NCBI GenBank assembly: GCA_038245295.1
Contig: JBBRSP010000001.1
Location: 1-64,000 of the forward strand
Direction of reading: 5' to 3'
DNA length: 64,000 nt
From: Candidatus Binatia bacterium
Lineage (GTDB): Bacteria > Desulfobacterota > Binatia > HRBIN30
In this document: positions 55,140 to 64,000 of the stretch, piece after piece
How the letters are laid out: the number at the start of each line of letters is the position of its first letter
Position numbering within the stretch: position 1 is the first letter of the stretch
Made by a program: the position numbers and the translations under genes
The notes under the pieces: generated by a model
Seen by the model: only the letters and a program-made list of their open reading frames with translations
Told to the model about the DNA's origin: nothing
The model's database searches: none

Positions 55140-57929
55140 ATGGGCGAACCAGTGCGGAGGAAGAGGGCGGAAGGGCAGGGCGGAACGCAAGCGCTTGCAG
55201 CCGAACAACAACGGCCGGTCTCATCCGGGGCGCGGCAGGGGCTACGCTTCGAGCGCTACTTCACGACGCCACAAGTTGATCCGTTCGACGCCGTCGAGTG
55301 GGAGCACCGCAGTGCGGTCATCTCCGGCGAAAAGGGCGAGGTCGTCTTCGAGCAGCACAATGTCGAGATCCCCAAAGCGTGGTCGCAATTGGCCACCAGC
55401 GTCGTCGTGTCGAAATACTTCCGCGGTCCGCTCGGTAGCCCGGAGCGCGAGCACAGTGTCCGCCAGCTCATCGGGCGCGTCGTACGCACGATTCGCGGCT
55501 GGGGCGAGAAGCAAGGATATTTCGCCTCGCCGGCGGATGCCGATACGTTCACGGCGGAGTTGACCCATTTACTCGTGAACCAGAAGATGGCCTTCAACAG
55601 CCCGGTCTGGTTCAACGTCGGCATCGAGCCGCGGCCCCAGTGCTCGGCGTGTTTCATCCTGTCTGTCAACGATACGATGGAAGGCATTCTTGGCTGGTAC
55701 CGCAATGAAGGCATCATCTTCAAAGGCGGCTCCGGCTCGGGGGTGAACCTGTCGCGTATCCGTTCGTCACGCGAGAAGCTCGCCGGCGGCGGTACCGCCT
55801 CGGGGCCGGTGTCGTTCATGAAAGCCGCCGACGCCTCGGCGGGGGTGATCAAGTCGGGGGGCAAGACCCGTCGCGCCGCCAAAATGGTAGTGTTGGACGT
55901 TGACCATCCGGATATCGTCGACTTCATCCGTTGCAAGGAAGAAGAAGAGAAAAAGGCGTGGGCCTTGATTGACGCGGGTTATGACAGCTCGCTCGACGGG
56001 CCGGCGTACGGTTCGGTTTTCTTCCAGAATGCCAACAACTCGGTGCGCGCCACCGACGCCTTCATGCGTGCGGTTGAGCAGGATGGTGTGTGGCAGACAC
56101 GTTACGTGCTCGATGGCGAGCCGGCGGAAACCTACAAGGCGCGCGATGTGATGCGCCTGATCGCCGAGGCCACGTGGGTCTGCGGCGATCCGGGTATGCA
56201 GTTCGACACGACGATCAACAACTGGCACACCTGCCCGAACGCCGGCCGAATCAACGCCTCCAATCCGTGTTCCGAGTACATGCACCTCGATAACTCGGCC
56301 TGTAACCTGGCGTCGCTCAACCTGATGAAGTTCATCAGCGACGAAGGTGATTTCGACGTCGAGGCATTCCGGCGGGCGGTAGCGATCACCATCACCGCGC
56401 AAGATATTGTTGTCGACAACTCGAGCTATCCGACAGCGGAGATCGAAGCCAACGCACATGCCTTCCGCGAGCTTGGCCTAGGCTACGCTAACCTCGGCGC
56501 GCTTCTGATGTCGCTTGGTTTGCCATACGACTCCGAAGCCGGCCGCCAGTATGCCGGAGCCGTTACGGCCTTGATGTGCGGCGAAGCCTATCTGCAGTCG
56601 GCGCGCGTCGCCGAACAGATGGGACCGTTTGCCGGTTACGCGGCGGACAGCGAAGCCACTCTCAATGTCATCGCCAAACATCGCGGCCAGGCCTACAAGC
56701 TCGATCCGACGTTTGTGCCCCTCGATCTGCTGAGTGCGTCGCGCACCTCTTGGGACGAGGCGTTGGCGTACAGCCAGAAACACGGCGTCCGCAACTCGCA
56801 GGCCACCGTATTGGCCCCGACGGGCACGATCGCCTTCATGATGGACTGCGATACGACCGGTGTCGAACCTGACATCGCGCTGGTGAAGTACAAGAAACTG
56901 GTCGGTGGCGGCATGTTGAAGATCGTCAACAACACCGTGCCGCGCGCCCTCAAACGTCTCGGGTATGAGTCGCGTGAAGTTCAGAACATCGTCGAACACA
57001 TCGACGAGCACGACACGATTGAAGGCGCTCCCGACCTGAAAGACGAGCACCTTCCGGTTTTCGATTGCGCCTTCAAGCCGGCTCAGGGAATTCGCTTCAT
57101 TCACCACATGGGCCACCTGCGCATGATGGGATCGACGCAGCCGTTTATTTCCGGCGCGATCTCCAAGACCATCAATATGCCACACTCCGCTTCGGTGGAA
57201 GACATCATGGATGCCTACAGCGAAGCCTGGCGGCTGGGCGTCAAGGCGGTGGCGATCTACCGCGACGGTTGCAAGCGAACGCAACCACTCAATACGTCGA
57301 AGAAGAGTGATCGCGCCGCCGCCACGACGGCCGCCGCCCCCGAGTTCCATCCGGTGCGTCGACGCCTTGGCAACGAATGCCGTTCGGTGCGCCACAAGTT
57401 CGATATCGCCGGACACGAGGGTTACATCCACATCGGCATGTACGACGATGGCCAACCAGGCGAGATCTTCATCAAGATCGCCAAGGAAGGCAGCACCGTC
57501 TCGGGCCTCATGGATACGATCGGGATCCTCACGTCGATGGCGTTGCAGTATGGCGTGCCGCTCGAAGTCCTCGTTGATAAGTTCAGTCACGTTCGGTTCG
57601 AACCGTCCGGATTCACCAAGAACCCGGATATCCCGATCGCCAAATCCCTGATCGACTACATCTTCCGTTACATGGGCTCACGCTTCATGAACGCCGAGCA
57701 ACGTAGCCAGATCGGCATCCTCGGTGGCGAGGGAATCGAAGCTCCATCGGGTGAGGCGGCGGCGAATGCGCCGACGCCGGCGGGCGCGGCACTGAGCCAT
57801 TCGGTGTCGGCTCTGGGCTTCAGCCCGCAAGCCGACGCACCAAGCTGCCACGAGTGTGGCTCGATCATGGTGCGCAACGGCAGCTGTTACAAATGTCTCA
57901 ATTGCGGAACGACGAGCGGGTGCTCTTGA
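55140..57929 (+). CDS. nrdJ: Class II (adenosylcobalamin-dependent) ribonucleotide reductase with C-terminal TSCPD-like/Zn-ribbon region
   Basis: AFNSPVWFN, QCSACFI, GGKTRRAAKM, SNPCSEY, APTGTI, ISKTINM, C-terminal CxxC/CxxC and SGCS. Confidence 0.96.
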   Translation: MGEPVRRKRAEGQGGTQALAAEQQRPVSSGARQGLRFERYFTTPQVDPFDAVEWEHRSAVISGEKGEVVFEQHNVEIPKAWSQLATSVVVSKYFRGPLGSPEREHSVRQLIGRVVRTIRGWGEKQGYFASPADADTFTAELTHLLVNQKMAFNSPVWFNVGIEPRPQCSACFILSVNDTMEGILGWYRNEGIIFKGGSGSGVNLSRIRSSREKLAGGGTASGPVSFMKAADASAGVIKSGGKTRRAAKMVVLDVDHPDIVDFIRCKEEEEKKAWALIDAGYDSSLDGPAYGSVFFQNANNSVRATDAFMRAVEQDGVWQTRYVLDGEPAETYKARDVMRLIAEATWVCGDPGMQFDTTINNWHTCPNAGRINASNPCSEYMHLDNSACNLASLNLMKFISDEGDFDVEAFRRAVAITITAQDIVVDNSSYPTAEIEANAHAFRELGLGYANLGALLMSLGLPYDSEAGRQYAGAVTALMCGEAYLQSARVAEQMGPFAGYAADSEATLNVIAKHRGQAYKLDPTFVPLDLLSASRTSWDEALAYSQKHGVRNSQATVLAPTGTIAFMMDCDTTGVEPDIALVKYKKLVGGGMLKIVNNTVPRALKRLGYESREVQNIVEHIDEHDTIEGAPDLKDEHLPVFDCAFKPAQGIRFIHHMGHLRMMGSTQPFISGAISKTINMPHSASVEDIMDAYSEAWRLGVKAVAIYRDGCKRTQPLNTSKKSDRAAATTAAAPEFHPVRRRLGNECRSVRHKFDIAGHEGYIHIGMYDDGQPGEIFIKIAKEGSTVSGLMDTIGILTSMALQYGVPLEVLVDKFSHVRFEPSGFTKNPDIPIAKSLIDYIFRYMGSRFMNAEQRSQIGILGGEGIEAPSGEAAANAPTPAGAALSHSVSALGFSPQADAPSCHECGSIMVRNGSCYKCLNCGTTSGCS

Positions 57930-58043
57930 GGGCTCGGCGTCGTTCGTAAGCTGTGGAGGGGAAGGCCGCGTGGTGCGGAGTGGTTGTGTGGGGCCTTCCT
58001 CGTGGTGGTGTGGTGGCGGCCGAGGTTGACTCGGGCGGGGCGC

Positions 58044-58682
58044 CTATTCCAGGCGCCCCGCTGCTGGACTCCCAGTTGTTGTGTGGATCAACCGCTGGAA
58101 GAGTGTAATCTTTAAATGCTCGACGAGATCCGTGGCTTGTGCCGGGGATTCGCCGTCCATGAACTGTTGGACCAGAATCCCCGCCAAAGTCACCATGGTC
58201 AATCCCGCATCTCGCGCCGCATCCGCGTCGCGGCGGAATACACCATCCCGCTGACCCATTTCAATGATTTGTTGGAGCGACCCGCGGAATAGGCTGTAGA
58301 GCTCGCTCACACGCCGGAACCCTTCTTCATCAGATTGGTCGTGGCGCAGCACGAGACTCAAGAAGAACCGTACCGAATACACGTTGTCGGTCACGAAATC
58401 GTAGAATGAGTCGATCAACTTGGCGATCTGATCCTGCGGGCTCTGCCCTTGCGGCTCATCCAGGTCGATGAAGTAGGGCTCGAGCGTTTTCTGCAGAGCG
58501 CTGCGGTAAAGCTGCTCTTTGTTTTCAAAGTGCCAGAAGATCAACGCCTTACTGACGTTCGCCTGCCGCGCTACTTGAGACAGCGATGTCGTGTCGTATC
58601 CCTGCTGTGCGAAGAGGGCCACCGCCGCTTCCAAGATCTTCTCGCGCGCTTGCAGCGCTTCTACGTCGTGTTGAATCTCCAT
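58044..58682 (-). CDS. TetR/AcrR-family regulator
   Basis: ILEAAVALFAQQGY...VSKALIFWHFENKEQL; alternative TTG start at 58694. Confidence 0.92.
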   Translation of the reverse strand: MEIQHDVEALQAREKILEAAVALFAQQGYDTTSLSQVARQANVSKALIFWHFENKEQLYRSALQKTLEPYFIDLDEPQGQSPQDQIAKLIDSFYDFVTDNVYSVRFFLSLVLRHDQSDEEGFRRVSELYSLFRGSLQQIIEMGQRDGVFRRDADAARDAGLTMVTLAGILVQQFMDGESPAQATDLVEHLKITLFQRLIHTTTGSPAAGRLE

Positions 58683-58783
58683 CGATCGACTCAATGCGGT
58701 CCTGAAGCTACGGGAAAGGGCTGCCGTGTGTCAACGAGCTTTCGCTTGCATACCCCCCCGCTAATCGGGCAGGTTGTTGAGCC

Positions 58784-59650
58784 ATGGATCGTCCGCCCCC
58801 TGTCTTCAGCTGGATCCTGCGCGCCGCGGCCGCATGGATCGCTACACTGGCGCTGACGCTGGCGGTGTGGACGCCGGCCGCCGAGCCGTGGCGCGCCCAG
58901 CCGGTCAAGTTGGAACGGGAGCCGGCGTCGGGCACAGTGCTGAACGTTTCCGGTCCGCCGCCCAAGACGTGGTCGCTGAATACCGGGGGCTGGGTCATTC
59001 GGGTCGACGGCGCCGAAGTGGCCATTCCAGCCTTGGCGGATCAGATCGCTGCCATCCCACGCGCCAGCTTTGCGCGCGCCTTGTCACCGTATGACTATCT
59101 GATTGCCCGCCACGCCAAGGCCGAGGGCTTCGATTGGCGCCTGATCACGGCCGTCGCTTTTGAAGAGTCACGCTTTAACCCTACCAGCCTGAGCTCCAAG
59201 GGCGCCTATGGGCTGATGCAAGTCCGGCCGATCGCCGCCGAAGCGGTGGGCGAATCGGAGTTCCATGCCCCAGAGGACAATGTGCGCACCGGTGTTCGTT
59301 ACCTGAGGCAACTCTATTCCAATTACGGCCAAGCGAGCGGCGAAGACCGTCTGCGTCTGGTGCTGGCCGCGTACAACATTGGTCCCGGCCACTTGCGCGA
59401 CGCCCAAAACGTCGCCCGACGCTTCGGCTACGATCCGAATCGGTGGTTCGGTCATATGGAGCTGATGCTGCCTTTGCTCGAACAGCCGCCGGTGTATAGC
59501 GAGCTACCCAACGGCTTTGCCCAGGGCAGTGAGACGGTTGCCTATGTCGACCGTATCCTTCGCCGCTACGCGCGATACCTGGAATCGACCGCCGGCACGC
59601 CGACGCACGACGCCTTTTCGTCCTCGGCCGGCGCATCGGCGAACGGCTAG
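58784..59650 (+). CDS. Lytic transglycosylase (MltF-type SLT domain without the binding domain)
   Basis: DWRLITAVAFEESRFNP, GAYGLMQ, LAAYNIGPGHLRDA. Confidence 0.9.
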   Translation: MDRPPPVFSWILRAAAAWIATLALTLAVWTPAAEPWRAQPVKLEREPASGTVLNVSGPPPKTWSLNTGGWVIRVDGAEVAIPALADQIAAIPRASFARALSPYDYLIARHAKAEGFDWRLITAVAFEESRFNPTSLSSKGAYGLMQVRPIAAEAVGESEFHAPEDNVRTGVRYLRQLYSNYGQASGEDRLRLVLAAYNIGPGHLRDAQNVARRFGYDPNRWFGHMELMLPLLEQPPVYSELPNGFAQGSETVAYVDRILRRYARYLESTAGTPTHDAFSSSAGASANG

Positions 59651-59701
59651 ACGGGGGCAGCACCGGCGCCTCGGGCGAGATCCGCACCCGCATCTTCCCG
59701 G

Positions 59702-60436
59702 TTGTCTCTCGGCGCTCGTGTGCTAGCCGATGCAACCGTGTTGACTCTTCGACCTGCGGACCAACGTGGTGTGTCCAGGATGTCGTGGCTCGACAGCCGG
59801 CACACGTTTTCTTTCGGTGAGTATTACGACCCAGCGCATCTCGGGTTCCACAGCCTGCGTGTCATCAACGACGACCGTGTCGCCGCCGGCGGTGGCTTTG
59901 CCACCCATGGCCACCGGGACATGGAGATCTTGACGTATGTGCTCGAGGGGGCGCTCGAGCATAAGGACAGTCTGGGCACCGGGTCGATCATCCGTCCAGG
60001 CGAGGCGCAGCGCATGAGCGCCGGGACCGGGATCAACCACAGCGAGTTCAACCAATCCACAACGAGCCCGGTTCATTTCCTGCAGATCTGGATCATTCCG
60101 GCCCAACGCGGCATTGCCCCCGGTTATCAACAGTGTGCCATCGCGACGACCGATGTCGCGGGGCCGCTGCGGCGAGTCGCCGGCCCCGGAGCCGGCACTG
60201 ATTTCGTCACGTTGCACCAGGACGTCGATGTTTTTGCGATTACGCTGGGTGCGGGAGAATCGACGCGATACACGCCGCGTTCTGATCGCTACCAATGGAT
60301 TCAATGTGCGCGCGGCGCCGCGCTCGTCAACCAGCAGGCGCTTGTCGAAGGCGACGGGTTGGCGATCGAAGCCGAGTCGGCGATCGGCATCAGCACTGCC
60401 ACGACGGCTGAGCTGCTGCTATTCGACCTTGCTTGA
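59702..60436 (+). CDS. Pirin-family protein (YhhW-like)
   Basis: WLDSRHTFSF, LRVINDD, HGHRDMEI, MSAGTGINHSE, LQIWI; true start probably near 59738. Confidence 0.93.
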   Translation: MSLGARVLADATVLTLRPADQRGVSRMSWLDSRHTFSFGEYYDPAHLGFHSLRVINDDRVAAGGGFATHGHRDMEILTYVLEGALEHKDSLGTGSIIRPGEAQRMSAGTGINHSEFNQSTTSPVHFLQIWIIPAQRGIAPGYQQCAIATTDVAGPLRRVAGPGAGTDFVTLHQDVDVFAITLGAGESTRYTPRSDRYQWIQCARGAALVNQQALVEGDGLAIEAESAIGISTATTAELLLFDLA

Positions 60437-60489
60437 ACCGGTCGTAAGCCGGGCGGAATCGTGACTTTTCAACGCGGGAGATGATGACG

Positions 60490-61821
60490 ATGGCAGGAAA
60501 AGAGACGCTCACAATCACCGACAACCGAACCGGCAAGCAGTATGAGGTCCCGATCGAGCAGGGCACCATCCGCGCCACTGACTTGAAACAGATCAGAACC
60601 GACGACGATGACGGTGGTCTCTACACCTATGACCCCGCCCTCGTGAACACCGCCACCTGCAAGAGCCGCATCACTTATATCGACGGTGACAAAGGCATCC
60701 TGCGCTATCGCGGCTACCCGATCGAAGAGTTGGCTGAAAAGAGCACCTACCTCGAGACCGCCTATCTGATCGTCAAAGGCGAGCTGCCCGACGCCCGGCA
60801 TCTCAGCTTCTGGAAACGCAACATCACCACCCACTCGATGGTGCACGAGAACATCAAGAAGTTCGTCGAAGGCTTCCGCTACGACGCGCATCCGATGGGC
60901 ATCATGGTCGGCACCATCGGCGCCCTGTCGACGTTTTACGCCGATGCCAAGGACATCCTGGGAATGGAGTCTCGCCGCCTGCAGACGCGCCGGCTGATCG
61001 GCAAGATCCCGACCATTGCGGCCTGGGCCTATCGACACAGCCGCGGTTTGCCGTACGTCTATCCGGACAACGACCTCAGCTACACCGGGAACTTCTTGTC
61101 TATGCTCTACAAGATGACCGAGGTCAAATACACGCCGAACCAGACACTCGAGCATGCCCTCGACGTATTGTTCATCTTACACGCCGACCACGAGCAGAAT
61201 TGTTCGACGAACGCGCTGCGCGCCGTCGCCAGCTCACAAGTCGATCCGTATTCCGCCGTCGCAGCCGCTGTGGCCGCCCTCTACGGTCCTCTACACGGTG
61301 GCGCCAACGAAGCGGTAATCCGCATGCTGACGGATATCGGCTCGGTCAGCCGCATTCCGGACTATATCGAGAAGTTCAAGAAGGGCGAAGGCCGCCTGAT
61401 GGGCTTCGGCCACCGCGTCTACAAGAACTACGACCCGCGCGCCACGATCATCAAGCGTATCGCCTACGAAGTCTTCGATGTGACCGGCAAGAACCCGCTG
61501 ATCGACATCGCCCTCGAGCTGGAGCGCATCGCCCTGCAGGACGATTACTTCGTCAAGCGTAAGCTCTACCCCAACGTCGACTTCTACTCGGGCATCATTT
61601 ACCAGGCGATGGGTTTCCCCGTCACCATGTTCCCGGTGCTGTTCGCCATCCCGCGCACCGCCGGCTGGATGGCGCAGTGGGCCGAGTTGGTGCGCGATCC
61701 CGAGCAGAAGATCACACGACCACGGCAGATTTTCATCGGCGAGCCGGCACGCAAGTACGTCGAGCTCAACGAGCGCCCGGCACCGTCGATGCGTGAGGAT
61801 GCCGTGAGCGTGGAGATCTGA
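60490..61821 (+). CDS. gltA: Citrate synthase
   Basis: GILRYRGYPIE, HADHEQNCST, GPLHGGAN, MGFGHRVYK, PNVDFYSG; ATGs at 60481, 60484 and 60490. Confidence 0.97.
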   Translation: MAGKETLTITDNRTGKQYEVPIEQGTIRATDLKQIRTDDDDGGLYTYDPALVNTATCKSRITYIDGDKGILRYRGYPIEELAEKSTYLETAYLIVKGELPDARHLSFWKRNITTHSMVHENIKKFVEGFRYDAHPMGIMVGTIGALSTFYADAKDILGMESRRLQTRRLIGKIPTIAAWAYRHSRGLPYVYPDNDLSYTGNFLSMLYKMTEVKYTPNQTLEHALDVLFILHADHEQNCSTNALRAVASSQVDPYSAVAAAVAALYGPLHGGANEAVIRMLTDIGSVSRIPDYIEKFKKGEGRLMGFGHRVYKNYDPRATIIKRIAYEVFDVTGKNPLIDIALELERIALQDDYFVKRKLYPNVDFYSGIIYQAMGFPVTMFPVLFAIPRTAGWMAQWAELVRDPEQKITRPRQIFIGEPARKYVELNERPAPSMREDAVSVEI

Positions 61822-61868
61822 TGCTGCGCCTACGATCTCACCAATTTACCGATCGGTAGGCGCAAGCT

Positions 61869-62546
61869 TTAGCTTGCGGAGCTCGGGGCACGGAACACAC
61901 CGGCGGTGTGTCGCAGATCCACACGACCATCGGCGATCACTCGACGTAGCTCCTCGAGATCCTCGATCTCGTCAATGTCGAACGAGGGCGGCAGCAATGC
62001 CGCCCTCAGTCCTAAAGCCGCACAACGTGCCAACGTCGCCGTCAACACATGGGGCGTGCTCATTTCGATCCCGCTGAAGACGTCGTGCGGCTCTTTCATC
62101 GCGATGAGGTAATACCCGCCATCGCGGCTCGGCCCCAACACAACGTCGTGATCCGCTAGCTTCTCGTCGGCTTCATCGAGAAGCGTCGACTCGATGTGGG
62201 GTACGTCAGCGCCGATCATGACCACGCGAACGAATCCCTGTTTGTGCAGTGTGGCGAAGACATTGCGCATGCGTGCGCCCAATTCATTCCCCGACTGCGA
62301 CAGATAGAGCCCCGGCTCAACGAACAGCGAGGCGAAGTCGGCATCCGCTGGCGTGTAACACCAGACGAGCTGACGAGATCCACGGCGGAAGCGTGATTCG
62401 AGGTCGCGCAGGAATGCCGCATAGAGGTCGCAGGCGCCTTGCTCGCCCAGCACCTTGGCCAGGCGCGTCTTCACATCGCCAGCGCGCGGATACCGGGCCA
62501 TGACGGCAAGGGCGTTGGGCAGAGTTCCTTTCCGGGCCGTCGTCAT
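61869..62546 (-). CDS. DUF2064/TIGR04282-type glycosyltransferase-like protein
   Basis: GDVKTRLA, QSGNELGARM, IGADVP, LGPSRDGGYYLI, DIDEIEDL; ATG coupled to the upstream stop. Confidence 0.88.
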   Translation of the reverse strand: MTTARKGTLPNALAVMARYPRAGDVKTRLAKVLGEQGACDLYAAFLRDLESRFRRGSRQLVWCYTPADADFASLFVEPGLYLSQSGNELGARMRNVFATLHKQGFVRVVMIGADVPHIESTLLDEADEKLADHDVVLGPSRDGGYYLIAMKEPHDVFSGIEMSTPHVLTATLARCAALGLRAALLPPSFDIDEIEDLEELRRVIADGRVDLRHTAGVFRAPSSAS

Positions 62547-64000
62547 GAGCGTTTGCTCCACGTTCGAGTGTGTCGCCCTGGAGGCAGCGCCGCCGTGGTG
62601 CCGTCGGGCAGCACCAATTCTGCCTCGGTCCCCGGTGGCACCGTCACATCGACGTTGCCGTGATTGTCGTCGGCGAGCCGCCACGCAACTTCGATGCGGC
62701 CATTCGGGGAGTCCTGTTGCGTGTGCGCGTTGCCGATGCCACCACCCGGCCGTGGCGCAACGCGAAAACGCCGGTAGCCAGGCGCGAGAATCTGCAGGCC
62801 GGCGACGTAGCGGTGCAGGAAGGAAATCACCGCGCCCTTGCTGTAGTGATTGAGCGATGCGTGGGCGACGCCGGCGGCGTCGATGCCATCCCATTCCTCC
62901 CAAACGGTCGTGGCGCCGCGCTCGATCATGAGCAGCCACGACGGCGCCGTGTTCTGAAACAGCAGCTCGTAGGCGATGTCGAGATGTCCGTTGTCGGCCA
63001 GCACCGGCAACAGGAACGGTGTGGCCAGGAATCCGGTACCGAGATGCGTGCCGGCAGCGCGAATGAGCGCCACGAGGTCGTTTGCGGTCTGTGCTCGCCG
63101 CTCGCGCGGCACCAGATCGAAGGCGAGGGCGCGAACCAGAGTCGCCTGCGTGTGCGGCGTGATGCGGCCGTTGGCGTCGATGAACTCGCGCCGCCACGCA
63201 TCACGCACATTCTCGGCAAGCTTTCCGTAGCGTTCCGCGTCCCCGCCACGCCCAAGTGTTTCGGCCGTCTGCGCCACTTGCAGCGTCGAGCGATAGAAAT
63301 AGGAGGTCGCCAGCGCGCCGTGGTCGCTGGATACGGCGAGGTTGATCGAGTCGGCGAGTGACTGGCCAGGCTCGAGCCATTCGCCCCAATGATATCCGCT
63401 ATCCCAAATGTAACGTTCATGCGGCGCGGGCTCGGCCGAACGCTCAACCCGCGAGTGATGCCGGCCCGTCGCCGCGGCGCGTTCGGCAAAACCCACCCAG
63501 GCGGTCATCGATTCCCATTGGTCGGCGAGAACCTGCTGGTCGCCGGTGGCACGGTAGATCTCCCACGGCACGTGCACCGCGGCGTCGCCCCAGCCAGCCG
63601 ACCCGACCATGCCCTTCCAGTAGGGGGGCTCGCGGTCATCCATCGCATGGGGCTCCGGGACAAGATTCGTCACCGCGCCATTCGCGAACTGCTCGGCCGC
63701 AAGATCGCGAAGCCACTTCCTGGTGAAACCGGTGACATTGTAGAGATACGCCGCCGTCTCGATGTAGATCTGCCAATCCCCCGTCCAACCGGCACGCTCG
63801 CGCGTCGGGCAATCGGTCGGAATGTCGCACGCGTTACCGCGGAAGCTCCACTCGGCGATGCGATGGATGGCGTTGACGCGCGCGTCCGAGCAATCGAAGG
63901 AACCGATGCGGCGGAAATCGGTGTGGACCACGACGCTGGCGATGTCGCCGGCGACCAGTGGTCCGGGGTGCCCGTCGACGCGGACGTATTGGAAGCCCTT
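62543..64000 (-). CDS. GH78 alpha-L-rhamnosidase (5' end outside the window)
   Basis: GFQYV, IPTDCPTRERAGWTGD, TGFLAT, GATTVWEEW, SLNHY; frame open to the window edge. Confidence 0.92.
   Translation of the reverse strand, partial: KGFQYVRVDGHPGPLVAGDIASVVVHTDFRRIGSFDCSDARVNAIHRIAEWSFRGNACDIPTDCPTRERAGWTGDWQIYIETAAYLYNVTGFTRKWLRDLAAEQFANGAVTNLVPEPHAMDDREPPYWKGMVGSAGWGDAAVHVPWEIYRATGDQQVLADQWESMTAWVGFAERAAATGRHHSRVERSAEPAPHERYIWDSGYHWGEWLEPGQSLADSINLAVSSDHGALATSYFYRSTLQVAQTAETLGRGGDAERYGKLAENVRDAWRREFIDANGRITPHTQATLVRALAFDLVPRERRAQTANDLVALIRAAGTHLGTGFLATPFLLPVLADNGHLDIAYELLFQNTAPSWLLMIERGATTVWEEWDGIDAAGVAHASLNHYSKGAVISFLHRYVAGLQILAPGYRRFRVAPRPGGGIGNAHTQQDSPNGRIEVAWRLADDNHGNVDVTVPPGTEAELVLPDGTTAALPPGRHTRTWSKRS

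Noticed and set aside
55040..55140. Cobalamin riboswitch before nrdJ
   Set aside because: The leader is only about 100 nt and I could not identify a B12 box; NrdR boxes explain the region.
40161..57929. Inteins or introns in polA or nrdJ
   Set aside because: Lengths are normal and no splicing or homing-endonuclease motifs were seen.

Overview
GC-rich diderm bacterial chromosome segment. Gene content and the Pro/Thr-linker surface proteins suggest a deltaproteobacteria-like lineage such as Binatia; this is inference only. Left part: a MITE inserted in a REP, two-domain thyX, aldehyde and alcohol dehydrogenases, a frameshifted carbamoyltransferase and priA. Next is an expanded arn-like lipid-linked aminosugar operon (split arnA, two ArnT-like and two ArnC-like genes), downstream of an NtrC-type two-component system that shares a divergent sigma54 promoter pair. 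The centre (24.4-37.9 kb) is the most unusual part. Three secreted proteins (a metzincin protease and two NHL beta-propeller proteins) share a ~300-aa C-terminal beta-sandwich/dockerin-like/cohesin-like module. They are divergent from two paralogous Cys-rich Pro/Thr-stalk proteins that end in a conserved [19 protein letters not shown] putative sorting signal. After these come a sigma54-preceded 49-aa small ORF and a tandem IS630-type HTH protein with no catalytic domain. Right part: polA, an ECF sigma/anti-sigma operon, a MoeB-CysO-CysM-ThiF-Sat sulfur-relay cluster, bamD, tRNA-Gly, PKD lipoproteins, tRNA-Cys, a peroxiredoxin, a NUDIX-CDGSH ORF, a decayed GH1 gene, dciA, nrdJ with NrdR boxes, tetR, a lytic transglycosylase, pirin, gltA, a DUF2064 glycosyltransferase and a truncated GH78 rhamnosidase. 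All calls come from reading motifs by eye; no searches were run.
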